A stretch of 64,000 nt of DNA from a virus (lineage: Duplodnaviria > Caudoviricetes). The translations under genes were made by a program, and so were the position numbers. The notes beneath the pieces were generated by a model. The model had not been told where the DNA came from and searched no databases. It saw only the letters and a list, made by a program, of their open reading frames with translations. The DNA lies in IMG/VR virus record IMGVR_UViG_3300021540_000004, positions 32,001 to 96,000 of that record, one strand, 5' to 3'. Shown here piece after piece: positions 28,669 to 38,446 of the stretch. Position 1 is the first letter of the stretch, and every line of letters begins with the position of its first letter.

Positions 28669-29853
28669 CTACAACCACCCCTCCATATCTTCAACATCAC
28701 TCTTAGAAACATTCTTAAAAATATAATGCTCAATACTCTCCAAACGACTAGATAAAACATCCAAATCCTTAGACTTACGCAAATTCTCACGCTCCAACTC
28801 AATATATTCCTTACTCTTATAAGTTAAATTCTTCAAATTCCATCCAATCATAACTGCATCCATATAACGCATATACTCCTCTTTCAAAGAAGCTGGATCA
28901 TCTAAAAAATAAGCTTTATGAACATTACTTTTACTACGGCCTTGCAAAGAATCAACATTATCTACACTCATACCCGCATTATGCAAACGACTAGCATGAA
29001 ACTTCCTTAACATATGTGGTCTTAAACGAGTATAAGTTCCTTTTTTACCGAGATTCAGTTTTTCATTCAATACATTAAAAACATAATTCATGTTAGAAGC
29101 ACCAATATCAAATAGTCTATCTGTATTATGTATTTCTTTTTCTTTGCTTACTAAATGAACGTTTATTGCATTAGCTGCTTCAGGTGAGCAAAAAGTAGTA
29201 TAATGTTTATTTGTTTTTTTACGTAGTATTTCAAATTGAGGAACAATATCTTCTCTGTCTTTTAATATGCTTAAAACTTCATAGATATTACTACTATGAT
29301 GATAGGAGTATGTTGCATCAATATAATCTTGTACTGTAAGGTTGGAAACTTCTGTTCTTCCACAACCGCTTGATATTATGAATAGTATTATGGCCCTGTC
29401 TCGTATTTTAGCTATATCTAGTGCTTTTTTTATTATTTCTTCATCGGGTAGGTCTCTGTAGTTTATTGTTCTTGGTGTTTTTACGTTTTTTTCGCTTATT
29501 GGTGGTAAGTCTCCTATTTCTATTTCGCAGTGTCGGTATATTGTGCATATACAGGTGAAGTATCTTTTTGCTGTGTTTTTTAGGTAGTCTTTGTATAGTG
29601 CTGCTCTGAATTTTAGTAGTCTTGTTCTTATTGTTCTGTTTTTCCACCTCACTCTTTCTTCTTCTTCTTTTTCGGCTTCTTTTATCAACTCTTTCATTGA
29701 TTTGTTGTTTTGTTTTGTGTATTTTGTTATTACTATACGGTATATCTCTTGGGTTGATAATGAAATGTTTCGTATATCTATTATGTCTTGGAGAAATTTT
29801 TCATCTTGCATATACATTAGTATCACTTTTATATTTATATTTGGTTTTTCCAA
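28669..29853 (-). CDS. Tyrosine recombinase/integrase (methanogen-type clade)
   Basis: SSGCGRTE (R), RKKT (K), HMLRKFH, LQGR, HKAY (Y). Confidence 0.9.
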   Translation of the reverse strand: MEKPNINIKVILMYMQDEKFLQDIIDIRNISLSTQEIYRIVITKYTKQNNKSMKELIKEAEKEEEERVRWKNRTIRTRLLKFRAALYKDYLKNTAKRYFTCICTIYRHCEIEIGDLPPISEKNVKTPRTINYRDLPDEEIIKKALDIAKIRDRAIILFIISSGCGRTEVSNLTVQDYIDATYSYHHSSNIYEVLSILKDREDIVPQFEILRKKTNKHYTTFCSPEAANAINVHLVSKEKEIHNTDRLFDIGASNMNYVFNVLNEKLNLGKKGTYTRLRPHMLRKFHASRLHNAGMSVDNVDSLQGRSKSNVHKAYFLDDPASLKEEYMRYMDAVMIGWNLKNLTYKSKEYIELERENLRKSKDLDVLSSRLESIEHYIFKNVSKSDVEDMEGWL

Positions 29854-30111
29854 GAGAGCATTTGAAGAGTAATATTTTCCAAAAGGTCGAAGGAAATATG
29901 TATTTCCTGATGAAAGAGATTATTGATTCTTACGTTCTTTTGGGTTGTATTTTTCAGAATAAATGCCCTAAAACCAAGTAATATATTATATATGTTCATT
30001 ACTATAAATAAATAACTATAACTCCTTATAGTAATAAAAAAAATAAAAAAAGTAATACTAAAAAAATGAACGTAAAAAAAAACAAAGGGAAAAAAACAAT
30101 TTTTCCCTTTT

Positions 30112-30528
30112 TTATAATCTTTTCAAAATCAACTCACCAAGATGCAAAGATTGACCAGACTCTAAGATTGCAGCCATAGCATAAATATTATTCAAATCAT
30201 CAACAATATCCTTAAACTTCAACCATCTTTCCTGCTCCTCAGCATCCTCATAATTATACACCGGCAACTCATCAACCAATTCTTTCTTACGATTAAAATA
30301 CTTAATATTACGTTCCGGTATATTCCAATCAATAACAAACTTAACCCAACAATTCTTGCACTTTGTATCATACAAAATATATTGAGCTTCTTCCATTCCT
30401 ACTTTACTCTCCAACAAACGGAGAATAATATTCTCATAAGTCTCTCCAGGACTATATCTTAAACTATTTAATCTTTGTTTTGTAGATTCACTAAGTCTTA
30501 TTGTCGTTATTTTCATAACTAACCTCAA
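30112..30528 (-). CDS. Ribbon-helix-helix/antitoxin-like regulator
   Basis: ITTIRLSESTKQRLNSL...ETYENIILRLLE. Confidence 0.65.
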   Translation of the reverse strand: MRLVMKITTIRLSESTKQRLNSLRYSPGETYENIILRLLESKVGMEEAQYILYDTKCKNCWVKFVIDWNIPERNIKYFNRKKELVDELPVYNYEDAEEQERWLKFKDIVDDLNNIYAMAAILESGQSLHLGELILKRL

Positions 30529-30588
30529 ATAAAATATTTATATATTTATTATTTATTAATTATTTTATAATATAAAGTTAACTTCCCA

Positions 30589-31797
30589 TTATAAGTTGAA
30601 TGTATTTTCTATTCTTTGCTCATCAATAATATCATAAGGGTCTCCAAGATTATCATATAACTTGTATACGCCCAATCTATCCGTATTGATTGCTTTAATA
30701 TTATTGTCCTTTGAATAATCCAATAATATATAAGAAACATTATCCTCTAATTTATGTTTCATTGAATATACTTCAATAGCCTCCATAAACAAAGGACTTT
30801 TAGTATTCACATATATATTAACTCCAGTATTTTTAACAAACTTACACAACCACTCACCCAACAACAACTGCTTTTCAGGATGAAGATTACACTCCACCTC
30901 ATCAAAAATCAAGAAACTATCAGGACCAATATTATGATAATGCAGCAGCAAATATAAAACACCTAAACCACGAGCACCACCACCACAATTACTCAAACTA
31001 TAAACATGATCATCCACCCTTGATTTAAAAATAAAATCACCTTGTTCAGTATAGTCAAACACACCACCAATAATATCAACTAACTCATGCTCCAATTCCA
31101 AGAAGATACTATTATCAAAGAAACTATTTTTATCCATTAATATAGCATCACGAACATCATCCATATAAATACAATTAAAAATTCCATTATAATCCATGTA
31201 ATCAAGAAGTGTACCTGAATTATCTAAATAGAATACATCATAAAAAACACCACATTCTTCATACTCTAGAAAATCATCACTATAAAAATCTTCATTAAAA
31301 TCTAAACAATAAACATTATCATCATTGGTTAATGTTATTTCACCATTAAAACTATCAGTACCATACATTCCTTTTAATAATGTTCTTAAAAGTGAAACAT
31401 GTAATTCCAGGCCATTGTCTTTTACTATTTTAATTAGTTTATCCAGTAACTTAAAATCCTCTTTATAACATTCTTCATATAATGCATGATGTTCTAATTT
31501 GAATTCTTCTTTTAAATCTAGATAGTTACCAATATATTCATATGTATTAGCTACTGGTAAAACTAAATCTATTTTATGTCTTACCCTTATTTTATTAACT
31601 AATTCATCTATATGTTTAGTGATACTTTCTAATGCTGGTTCATTTCTATTATAACAGTTGGATTTTAATAAGCAGTATAATATTTTACTTATGTTTGTTT
31701 TACCTACACCGTTTACTCCAGTTACAATGGTTAGTTTATCTAGGTTTAATGTTATTTTTCTGTTTATTTGCTGGAATTTTTTTATTGATAATTTCAT
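30589..31797 (-). CDS. ABC-type ATPase (AAA_15/AAA_21-like)
   Basis: Walker A GVNGVGKT, signature-like CGGG, Walker B LIFDEVECNLHP; H-loop reads NTKSP. Confidence 0.85.
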   Translation of the reverse strand: MKLSIKKFQQINRKITLNLDKLTIVTGVNGVGKTNISKILYCLLKSNCYNRNEPALESITKHIDELVNKIRVRHKIDLVLPVANTYEYIGNYLDLKEEFKLEHHALYEECYKEDFKLLDKLIKIVKDNGLELHVSLLRTLLKGMYGTDSFNGEITLTNDDNVYCLDFNEDFYSDDFLEYEECGVFYDVFYLDNSGTLLDYMDYNGIFNCIYMDDVRDAILMDKNSFFDNSIFLELEHELVDIIGGVFDYTEQGDFIFKSRVDDHVYSLSNCGGGARGLGVLYLLLHYHNIGPDSFLIFDEVECNLHPEKQLLLGEWLCKFVKNTGVNIYVNTKSPLFMEAIEVYSMKHKLEDNVSYILLDYSKDNNIKAINTDRLGVYKLYDNLGDPYDIIDEQRIENTFNL

Positions 31798-31821
31798 AAT
31801 CCCTTTACACCTTAATGTATT

Positions 31822-32451
31822 TTATATTATTTTTAAGCTTAATATTTTTCTTGCTAGACGATAATCATATGGTATTTTTCTACCGATTGCTCCATGCATA
31901 CTGGTTTTAATATTATTTTTACTATAGTCATCTCCTTCTTTACTGTTGTTGATGATGTACCATATTTCATGGTCTTTTTTGTTTATGATGAACCATTCAC
32001 CACCACCATAATCATTTCTAGGGTTTAAGGGGTTGTCTATGTATGTTCCGTGTGGTCGGTGTTTTCCTGGTGGTACTTCGGTTAGGCTGAATTCTTCTTG
32101 TATTTCATGGATTTTTCTTTCGGTTGCTTTTTCTTCTCTGTGTGTTTTGTTATAGTTTTCAGTGTATTTTTTTCTTCTGTATTTTAGTGTTTGTTCTTCT
32201 GGTATTTCTAATATTTCTTCAACGGTTTCGGGTGTTTGTGTTACCCATCCGTATACAGTGTTTCCGTTGTGTAATTCTAGAGTGTCTTTTTCCACATAGT
32301 CGAAGTGTTGTTTTACTTTTATCCATTTTTCGTATGGTATTATGGTGTTTAGTTTGTAGAAGTATATTCCTGTTATTATATCTCTTCCTATGCTTTTTAG
32401 GTAGATGGGTTTTTCTTCGTTTTCGGTGGGTGTGTCTATTTTTAGTTCCAT
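31822..32451 (-). CDS. Hypothetical protein
   Basis: ORF; YGGGEWF...NN...GDD.S.NN motif. Confidence 0.6.
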   Translation of the reverse strand: MELKIDTPTENEEKPIYLKSIGRDIITGIYFYKLNTIIPYEKWIKVKQHFDYVEKDTLELHNGNTVYGWVTQTPETVEEILEIPEEQTLKYRRKKYTENYNKTHREEKATERKIHEIQEEFSLTEVPPGKHRPHGTYIDNPLNPRNDYGGGEWFIINKKDHEIWYIINNSKEGDDYSKNNIKTSMHGAIGRKIPYDYRLARKILSLKII

Positions 32452-32802
32452 GATTACTATATTTTTATGATTCCTTTTTTATATTTTAATAAGTGTATAT
32501 ACTATTATTTATACTTTATGGTCTAATTTTATGGTTTATGATGATTATAATGGTGTTTAGAGTATATTATAGAAATAAAAAAAAGGAAAAAAATTATATT
32601 TTATAAAAAATATTTAATATAATCTTTTTTCGATGATGAACCGTTATTAAGCATGTCTGATGATGAGATGTATCTGAGATATTCTGACATGTGACTGATG
32701 CTTGGATCATATGATGATGATTTCATTGTTCATCACCACCAGCAGTTTCATCATCTTCGTTTATTATTACGTTCCAGTAGTAGTCTTTGATTCGGGCCAT
32801 GC

Positions 32803-32958
32803 TTATTCACCTCGGTAGTAGTCATCTATTTTTTCTTGTAGTTCTTTTTCTTCGTTTTCGATGATTTCGAGTATGAATTCATCATGGTCGTTTATGTTTT
32901 CGGTTTCGTCTGGTACGTCTGTTGTGTACATATGATTGTTGTGTGTTTTTTCTAACAT
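32803..32958 (-). CDS. Small acidic early protein (start corrected to ATG 32958)
   Basis: GGTGAG RBS of leader copy 5; D/E-rich. Confidence 0.55.
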   Translation of the reverse strand: MLEKTHNNHMYTTDVPDETENINDHDEFILEIIENEEKELQEKIDDYYRGE

Positions 32959-32961
32959 TTT

Positions 32962-33070
32962 TTTTCTCACCTTTTGAAAGTTTTTCTCTTGGGGGTTTTT
33001 GTGGGGAGATGTTTTCGGTGGTTTCATCTCCTTGAATATACATATGTGTTGAACTACTATATAAAGTTTT
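32962..33070 (-). promoter_or_regulatory. Promoter plus structured leader, copy 5
   Basis: TTTATATA, GGAGATG/CATCTCC hairpin, CCCCAAGAGAAAAA, GGTGAG. Confidence 0.65.
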
Positions 33071-33082
33071 CTATTTTAATAT

Positions 33083-34136
33083 CTATAAAATATTATACTC
33101 CTTCCCAGACAAAAAAACATTCACAACAACAGTAAACTCCTGATTAACAACACCACCATCACCAAAACCATCAACACCCCTAAAAAACATAACATTACCC
33201 ATAACACCCACATACAACTCCTTCAACCAACGAGGATTAGTCTTAATATAAGTCTCATGAACCATATTCTTACTACGACCCTGCAAAGCATCCACATACT
33301 CAGCACCCAAACCAATAATTAGACGCATGAAACTTCCTCAAAGTATGAGCACGAAAAAAACGATACCTACCCTTAAAACCCCAACCCATACGATCATTCA
33401 ACTCCTGAAAACGAGACAACAACAAACTACTACTAAAATCAAACAACCTATCATCCAAACACAAACCATCACGAGTCAACAAATAATCAACAATAGCACC
33501 ACTAGCCTCAGGAGAACAAAAAGTATAATACCACTTATCAGTCTTAACCCTACGCAAATACAAAGTAGGAACAACATCACCACGACCCTTCAAAAAATCC
33601 AAAACACTCCGCAAATCACCACCTTTATGATAATCCCTGGTACCACGAACAAAATCACCAACAGTCAAAGACAAAGTTTCAGCCTTAGCAGTACCACTAC
33701 TAGCCATAAACAAAATAACAGCCTTCAAATCCAAATCAACACTATTCACAGCATTCAAAATATCATCATGACTAGGCAAATCACCATAACCAGTAACATA
33801 ACCCTTGTCATAACTAGCCGGAGGAATATAAGGCAACTCCAACTCAAAATGCAAATAAAAAGTCTTAACTTTCTGAAAATAAGTTTTACTAGTATTCGGA
33901 GAAAAATCCTCCTCCAACAAAAAATTACGGAACTTCAACAACCTACGCTTAATACGACGATTCTTTAAAACAATACCATTATCCTCATCTTCCATAGCCT
34001 CACTTAACAATTCAGAAACACTCTTTCGATGAACTTTACAATACAAATTCAAAGAAGAAATATAACCTTTACGAGTACTATCTTTCAAATTACGATCTAC
34101 ACAAAATTGCTCAAAAAATTTATCTTCAAGAATCAT
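33083..34136 (-). pseudogene. Tyrosine recombinase, paralog of 28669..29853, with a +1 frameshift
   Basis: HTLRKFHASN continues as IGLGAEYVDALQGRSKNMVHETY after removing one T near 33317; catalytic Tyr lies in the second frame. Confidence 0.85.
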
Positions 34137-34470
34137 AGTAATAGATTGTTATTAAAACTGTATAATAAATTATATCAATAACAATAGTTATAAAAAAAAG
34201 TTAAAAATAAAAAAAATACACAACATCCCCCCACCCACACAATAAAAGGACATCATTCATCTTTTTAATATTTAAAATCAAGAGAAATCACTAAAAAAAA
34301 TTGAAACCTATAAAAAGAATAAAAATTCCAATTTCTTTAAAGTAATATTATTCTAAATGCGGGACTAAAAAAAAATAAAAAATTTTTTACCTAATTCTTC
34401 TCATTAATCCCACATTATAATATACATATGCATAAAACATATATTAATAATTAACTATCTAAAAAATCCT

Positions 34471-35220
34471 TCAACTATTACTATATTCATTTAAGTCAAT
34501 CCATTCTAAATTTTTAGCTAATACTTTCTCTTTTAACTTATTAATATCAACACTTTTAATTTCTTTACGTTTACCATCTTCATCTACATAAATATAACGA
34601 TATCTGAATCCTTGTTTATGCTTATATGAATAGTCTTTAGACACTCTATAAAATCCAGTTTCATTTTTTGCTTTGGATAAAGCTATTTTATGGTCCATGT
34701 TAAATTTTTTCCCATAATAATGATTATTTTTACCAGAATGATGTAATTTTGAATGTTCAGAACTACTAATTAACTGAAGATTAGAAATATCATTATTTAA
34801 TTTATTCCCATCAATATGATGTATATGATAACCCTCAGGTATTTTACCATTATATTTTGACCAGACTAACCTATGATACATCATTGTTTTCTTCGGACAA
34901 TATACAATCATATACCCTGCTTTATCAAAACCAGTTAACCCAAATTCTGTTTTAAAAGTTTTCTGGGTAAATTTCAATCCCAAATTGGAAATATCAAAAT
35001 TTCTTCTGTTTCCATCTTTGAAAATAATATATGCATTCTCAGGTATTTTACCATAATACTCTTCCCATACTAAATGGTGAACAAATTTTTTATTATTCTT
35101 TTCTTTTTTACTTGTTATACGGTAACCTCTTTTATCATCAAAAGATGCTGACCCATATTTTGTCATTATTTTACTCATAGTTATCGCCCTTTTACTCTTT
35201 TTTAAAAAAATCGCCCACAT
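34471..35220 (-). CDS. HNH homing endonuclease (two HNH-like units, NUMOD3-like, C-terminal DNA-binding domain)
   Basis: HRLVW...HIHHIDGNKLNNDISNL...H. Confidence 0.9.
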   Translation of the reverse strand: MWAIFLKKSKRAITMSKIMTKYGSASFDDKRGYRITSKKEKNNKKFVHHLVWEEYYGKIPENAYIIFKDGNRRNFDISNLGLKFTQKTFKTEFGLTGFDKAGYMIVYCPKKTMMYHRLVWSKYNGKIPEGYHIHHIDGNKLNNDISNLQLISSSEHSKLHHSGKNNHYYGKKFNMDHKIALSKAKNETGFYRVSKDYSYKHKQGFRYRYIYVDEDGKRKEIKSVDINKLKEKVLAKNLEWIDLNEYSNS

Positions 35221-35307
35221 TTGATAGGCGATGTAGATAGGCTGAGTAAAAGAAAACCTATCTACAATTGATATATCTAATATTCATAAGATATAATTAT
35301 TTTTGTT

Positions 35308-36606
35308 TTAATCCCCATCGTAAATCCAAGAAGGATTAACCTCTAAAATATTATTGCTAGTACCACACCAATTACTACTTATATCTCCACCATCTAATAC
35401 ACAAGCACCATCCCTGTAGAAATAATTTCCATTATTACTTCTTAATCGTAGCCTTATATGATCATAACCACTCACAGGACACCAAACATCAAGGTACCAC
35501 ACTTCATATTTCCTACCATATTTCGTGTTCATACCTTTAGCTAAATGATATAAAACTTCAGCTATGTCAAAACAGTTAGCCCCTTTTCTTTCATAGACCC
35601 TATCTATTGTTTCATACATATTATATCCATCACTGAAGTAGAATTTATATCCTCTACCTTTGATTTTAGCTAATGCATCATCAATATACTCTGTAGTACC
35701 AAATCTAGATTCAAAATAATCTAATATCTTTTCTGACCGAGATTTTTGTGGTTCAGGTTTAACTTCATTAACTACAACAGTATTAGAAACACTTGAAGGT
35801 AAATGTTTATTATCCCCAACAAAATCAGCTTTTATATTATATGTGCCGGGATTTAAGTTGATATTTAATTTATATAAACCTTCAGAGTTAGGTGTTCTTT
35901 CATAGGTTACTCCGTTTATTGTTATTTTAACGGTTCCTGAAATTCTTCCCTCATCACTGTATACTGCACATTGATAAGGAGTTGAATCACCAAATGTTTT
36001 ATTAACATCAGTTCCTTCCATCCAAGTTTTCTTTAATGGTTCACTAGATATATGTATTGTATTTTCTTTCACAGTATTTAAACAGGAAGTTTTTATCTTA
36101 TAATCTCCTGCATTTAAATTGATATTTAATGATGCAGCACCATTAATATCTGTGGTTCGGTTATAATCTATACCATTGATATTGAATGTTATTTTAACAT
36201 TTCCTAATTTATCACCATTAATAGATTCAGTGTATGCTGTGAATTTACTGCCGTCATGTTCCATCATAGTTAAATCATTAGTGATTAACACTGGTAGTAT
36301 GGTTACTTTGCAGTATGTTGATGTTTTTTCGTATTCCTGGTCGTTGAATGTGATGTGTGTGTCATATTCTCCAACACCTAGGTTTATGTTTAGTTTTGCT
36401 ATCCCATCATCATTAGTTTTACGAATATAGTCTACACCATTAATATTGATTGTGATTTCTTTATTGATTAATGGTGTTTTGTTTTCATATAAACCTATTT
36501 CTAATTGGTCTTTTGCTCCTTGTGTTTTACTTAAGTCTTGTGCTATTATTCTAGCTATTTTCTTATTTGATTTAAATAAGTTTTTTATATAATCTAAAAT
36601 ACCCAT
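35308..36606 (-). CDS. Pseudomurein endoisopeptidase (PeiW/PeiP-like C71 catalytic domain) with three N-terminal Ig-like repeats
   Basis: GYKFYF, NCFD (Cys), GYDHIRL (His), YRDGA (Asp); repeats INGV.Y.R.T...G.A.LNINL..G.Y. Confidence 0.8.
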   Translation of the reverse strand: MGILDYIKNLFKSNKKIARIIAQDLSKTQGAKDQLEIGLYENKTPLINKEITININGVDYIRKTNDDGIAKLNINLGVGEYDTHITFNDQEYEKTSTYCKVTILPVLITNDLTMMEHDGSKFTAYTESINGDKLGNVKITFNINGIDYNRTTDINGAASLNINLNAGDYKIKTSCLNTVKENTIHISSEPLKKTWMEGTDVNKTFGDSTPYQCAVYSDEGRISGTVKITINGVTYERTPNSEGLYKLNINLNPGTYNIKADFVGDNKHLPSSVSNTVVVNEVKPEPQKSRSEKILDYFESRFGTTEYIDDALAKIKGRGYKFYFSDGYNMYETIDRVYERKGANCFDIAEVLYHLAKGMNTKYGRKYEVWYLDVWCPVSGYDHIRLRLRSNNGNYFYRDGACVLDGGDISSNWCGTSNNILEVNPSWIYDGD

Positions 36607-36689
36607 TTTATTTTTATATTAACTCCCTAAAAAATTATCTTATAAATTTACCTTTTAAAAATTTTAAAAAAAAATTAAATATGTTTTTA

Positions 36690-37997
36690 TTATTTGAATT
36701 TTATGTTTGCGGATAATCCATAACGAAATAATATTACTCCTTTAGCACCATTATCTAAACATGCTTTAATATCATTCTGTAATTCACTCTCTGATAATAA
36801 TGTAGTATCATCATCTGAATGATATGATTGTAATCCTGAGTACACATTTGCAAGTTGAGAAAACATTCTTGTAGTGGATGCTAACCATGATGTTGATTGA
36901 TTATAATTTCCTTTGTATTGCATTGGAAGAACAGCATCACATACTTTTCCCAGAACTTCTATGTCTTGGCCGTAGTAGTATTTGGTTTCGGTTTCCGGCA
37001 TAACTGCACATGAAAGGAATTTATCACCAATATTTTCACGTACCTTTTTAACGAATTGGTTTATAGCTTCGGTTCCACCATTAGTTTTATAAGCATTACC
37101 TGGATATCGTAGATAATCTAAGTGAACACCATATACTCCAGGTATACTTGCATATTTTCTTGCTTCAGTTATCTTAGATGTTAAGTCTGTGGTTTTTGGA
37201 TTATGCCATTCACCATCATAGAATGATTGCATCCATATATGGATATTGATTTTATTATTGTATGCGTTTTGTATCCATTCACGTACAACTGATTCACCAT
37301 GTGTATTGAATGCATAATAGTTTAGGAATATATCGGTTACACCTTGATTTTTTAATGCCGGCAGGTTTACATTTTTCATGTCTTTACCGAATACCCAGTA
37401 ACCATAATGTGAAGTTTCTTCTTTTTTAGATGGTGCCTCTATATGTATGGTGTTCTTTTTAACAACATCATAACTTGATGTTAAAATCTCATAATCTCCT
37501 GTATTTAAATTAATATTTAAACTGGCAAGTCCATTAATCCCAGAGGTTCTTTCATAGTTTAAACCATTGACAGTGAAAAGAACTTTCACACCAGCTAAAC
37601 TAACACCATCCACATCACAAACCTGTACAGTAAAACGTGACCCATCACCCTCAACCATACTCAAATCATTTGTAACTAACGCAGGATTAACAGTTACTTT
37701 ACAGAAAGTCTTCACACTAACATAATCATTATCATCAAAACGAATATGTGCATCATAAACACCAGGCCGTAAATTAATATTCAACCTAGCAACACCATCA
37801 CCATCAGTACACCTAGTATATTCCACACCATTAATACTAATAACAATATCTTTATCAGTTACTGGTGTTTTATCCTCAAACAAAGCAACTTCCAAAGGTG
37901 CGGATTCACCATAAACTTTACTCAAACCATTAGTAATGATACGAGCATTCTTTTTATTGCTTTTAAATAAATTTTTAATAAACTCTAAAATAAACAT
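36690..37997 (-). CDS. Ig-like repeats plus TIM-barrel glycoside-hydrolase-like domain; putative second lysin
   Basis: GVTDIFLN, IHIWM, GVHLDYLRYPG, YYGQD, PMQY, GVILFRYG; N-terminus nearly the same as the endoisopeptidase. Confidence 0.7.
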   Translation of the reverse strand: MFILEFIKNLFKSNKKNARIITNGLSKVYGESAPLEVALFEDKTPVTDKDIVISINGVEYTRCTDGDGVARLNINLRPGVYDAHIRFDDNDYVSVKTFCKVTVNPALVTNDLSMVEGDGSRFTVQVCDVDGVSLAGVKVLFTVNGLNYERTSGINGLASLNINLNTGDYEILTSSYDVVKKNTIHIEAPSKKEETSHYGYWVFGKDMKNVNLPALKNQGVTDIFLNYYAFNTHGESVVREWIQNAYNNKINIHIWMQSFYDGEWHNPKTTDLTSKITEARKYASIPGVYGVHLDYLRYPGNAYKTNGGTEAINQFVKKVRENIGDKFLSCAVMPETETKYYYGQDIEVLGKVCDAVLPMQYKGNYNQSTSWLASTTRMFSQLANVYSGLQSYHSDDDTTLLSESELQNDIKACLDNGAKGVILFRYGLSANIKFK

Positions 37998-38020
37998 AAA
38001 AAAATTGTTCTATGTCTGAT

Positions 38021-38287
38021 TTATTTCTTTTTAGGATTAATAATTAACTCCTCAGACTCTTCATCACCACAGATACAGTAAAAAGACAATTTATCAGTTG
38101 TGTTACTAGTACCTGCTTCAGCTTTACCCTCACTATCAGTGTAAGTGGTAGCCATATGGTTCTTATTCATATAAAATTGTATTTCGCTTGATGGATGAGT
38201 AGTGTTAGCAATAATATGTAACATTTCATACTCTTCATCATCAAATTCTTCTTTTACTATTTCACTTCTTAATTCAATCATGATCAA
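38021..38287 (-). CDS. Small acidic protein, Ig-like fragment
   Basis: IQFY...TTYTDSEGKA. Confidence 0.5.
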   Translation of the reverse strand: MIMIELRSEIVKEEFDDEEYEMLHIIANTTHPSSEIQFYMNKNHMATTYTDSEGKAEAGTSNTTDKLSFYCICGDEESEELIINPKKK

Positions 38288-38446
38288 AAAAAATTTTTAT
38301 TTTATAAATATTTTTTTTCCTTTAATTTCTGTTGAGAAACCGGAAAAAAATTTTTAGAAAAAAACTCCTATTATCTTCTTATAAAGTAATAGAAAAATTT
38401 TTTAAAGCATATGCGTCTTCACTATATACTCTGACAAAATAAAAAA

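Noticed and set aside
33327-33968. 213-aa + strand ORF, and similar shadows such as 13144..13413, 25486..25923 and 59634..60011
   Set aside because: Antisense to well-supported genes; low-complexity translations produced by the local strand skew
34137-34470. tRNA gene or att site in the long intergenic region next to the recombinase
   Set aside because: No cloverleaf or duplicated core sequence could be identified by eye
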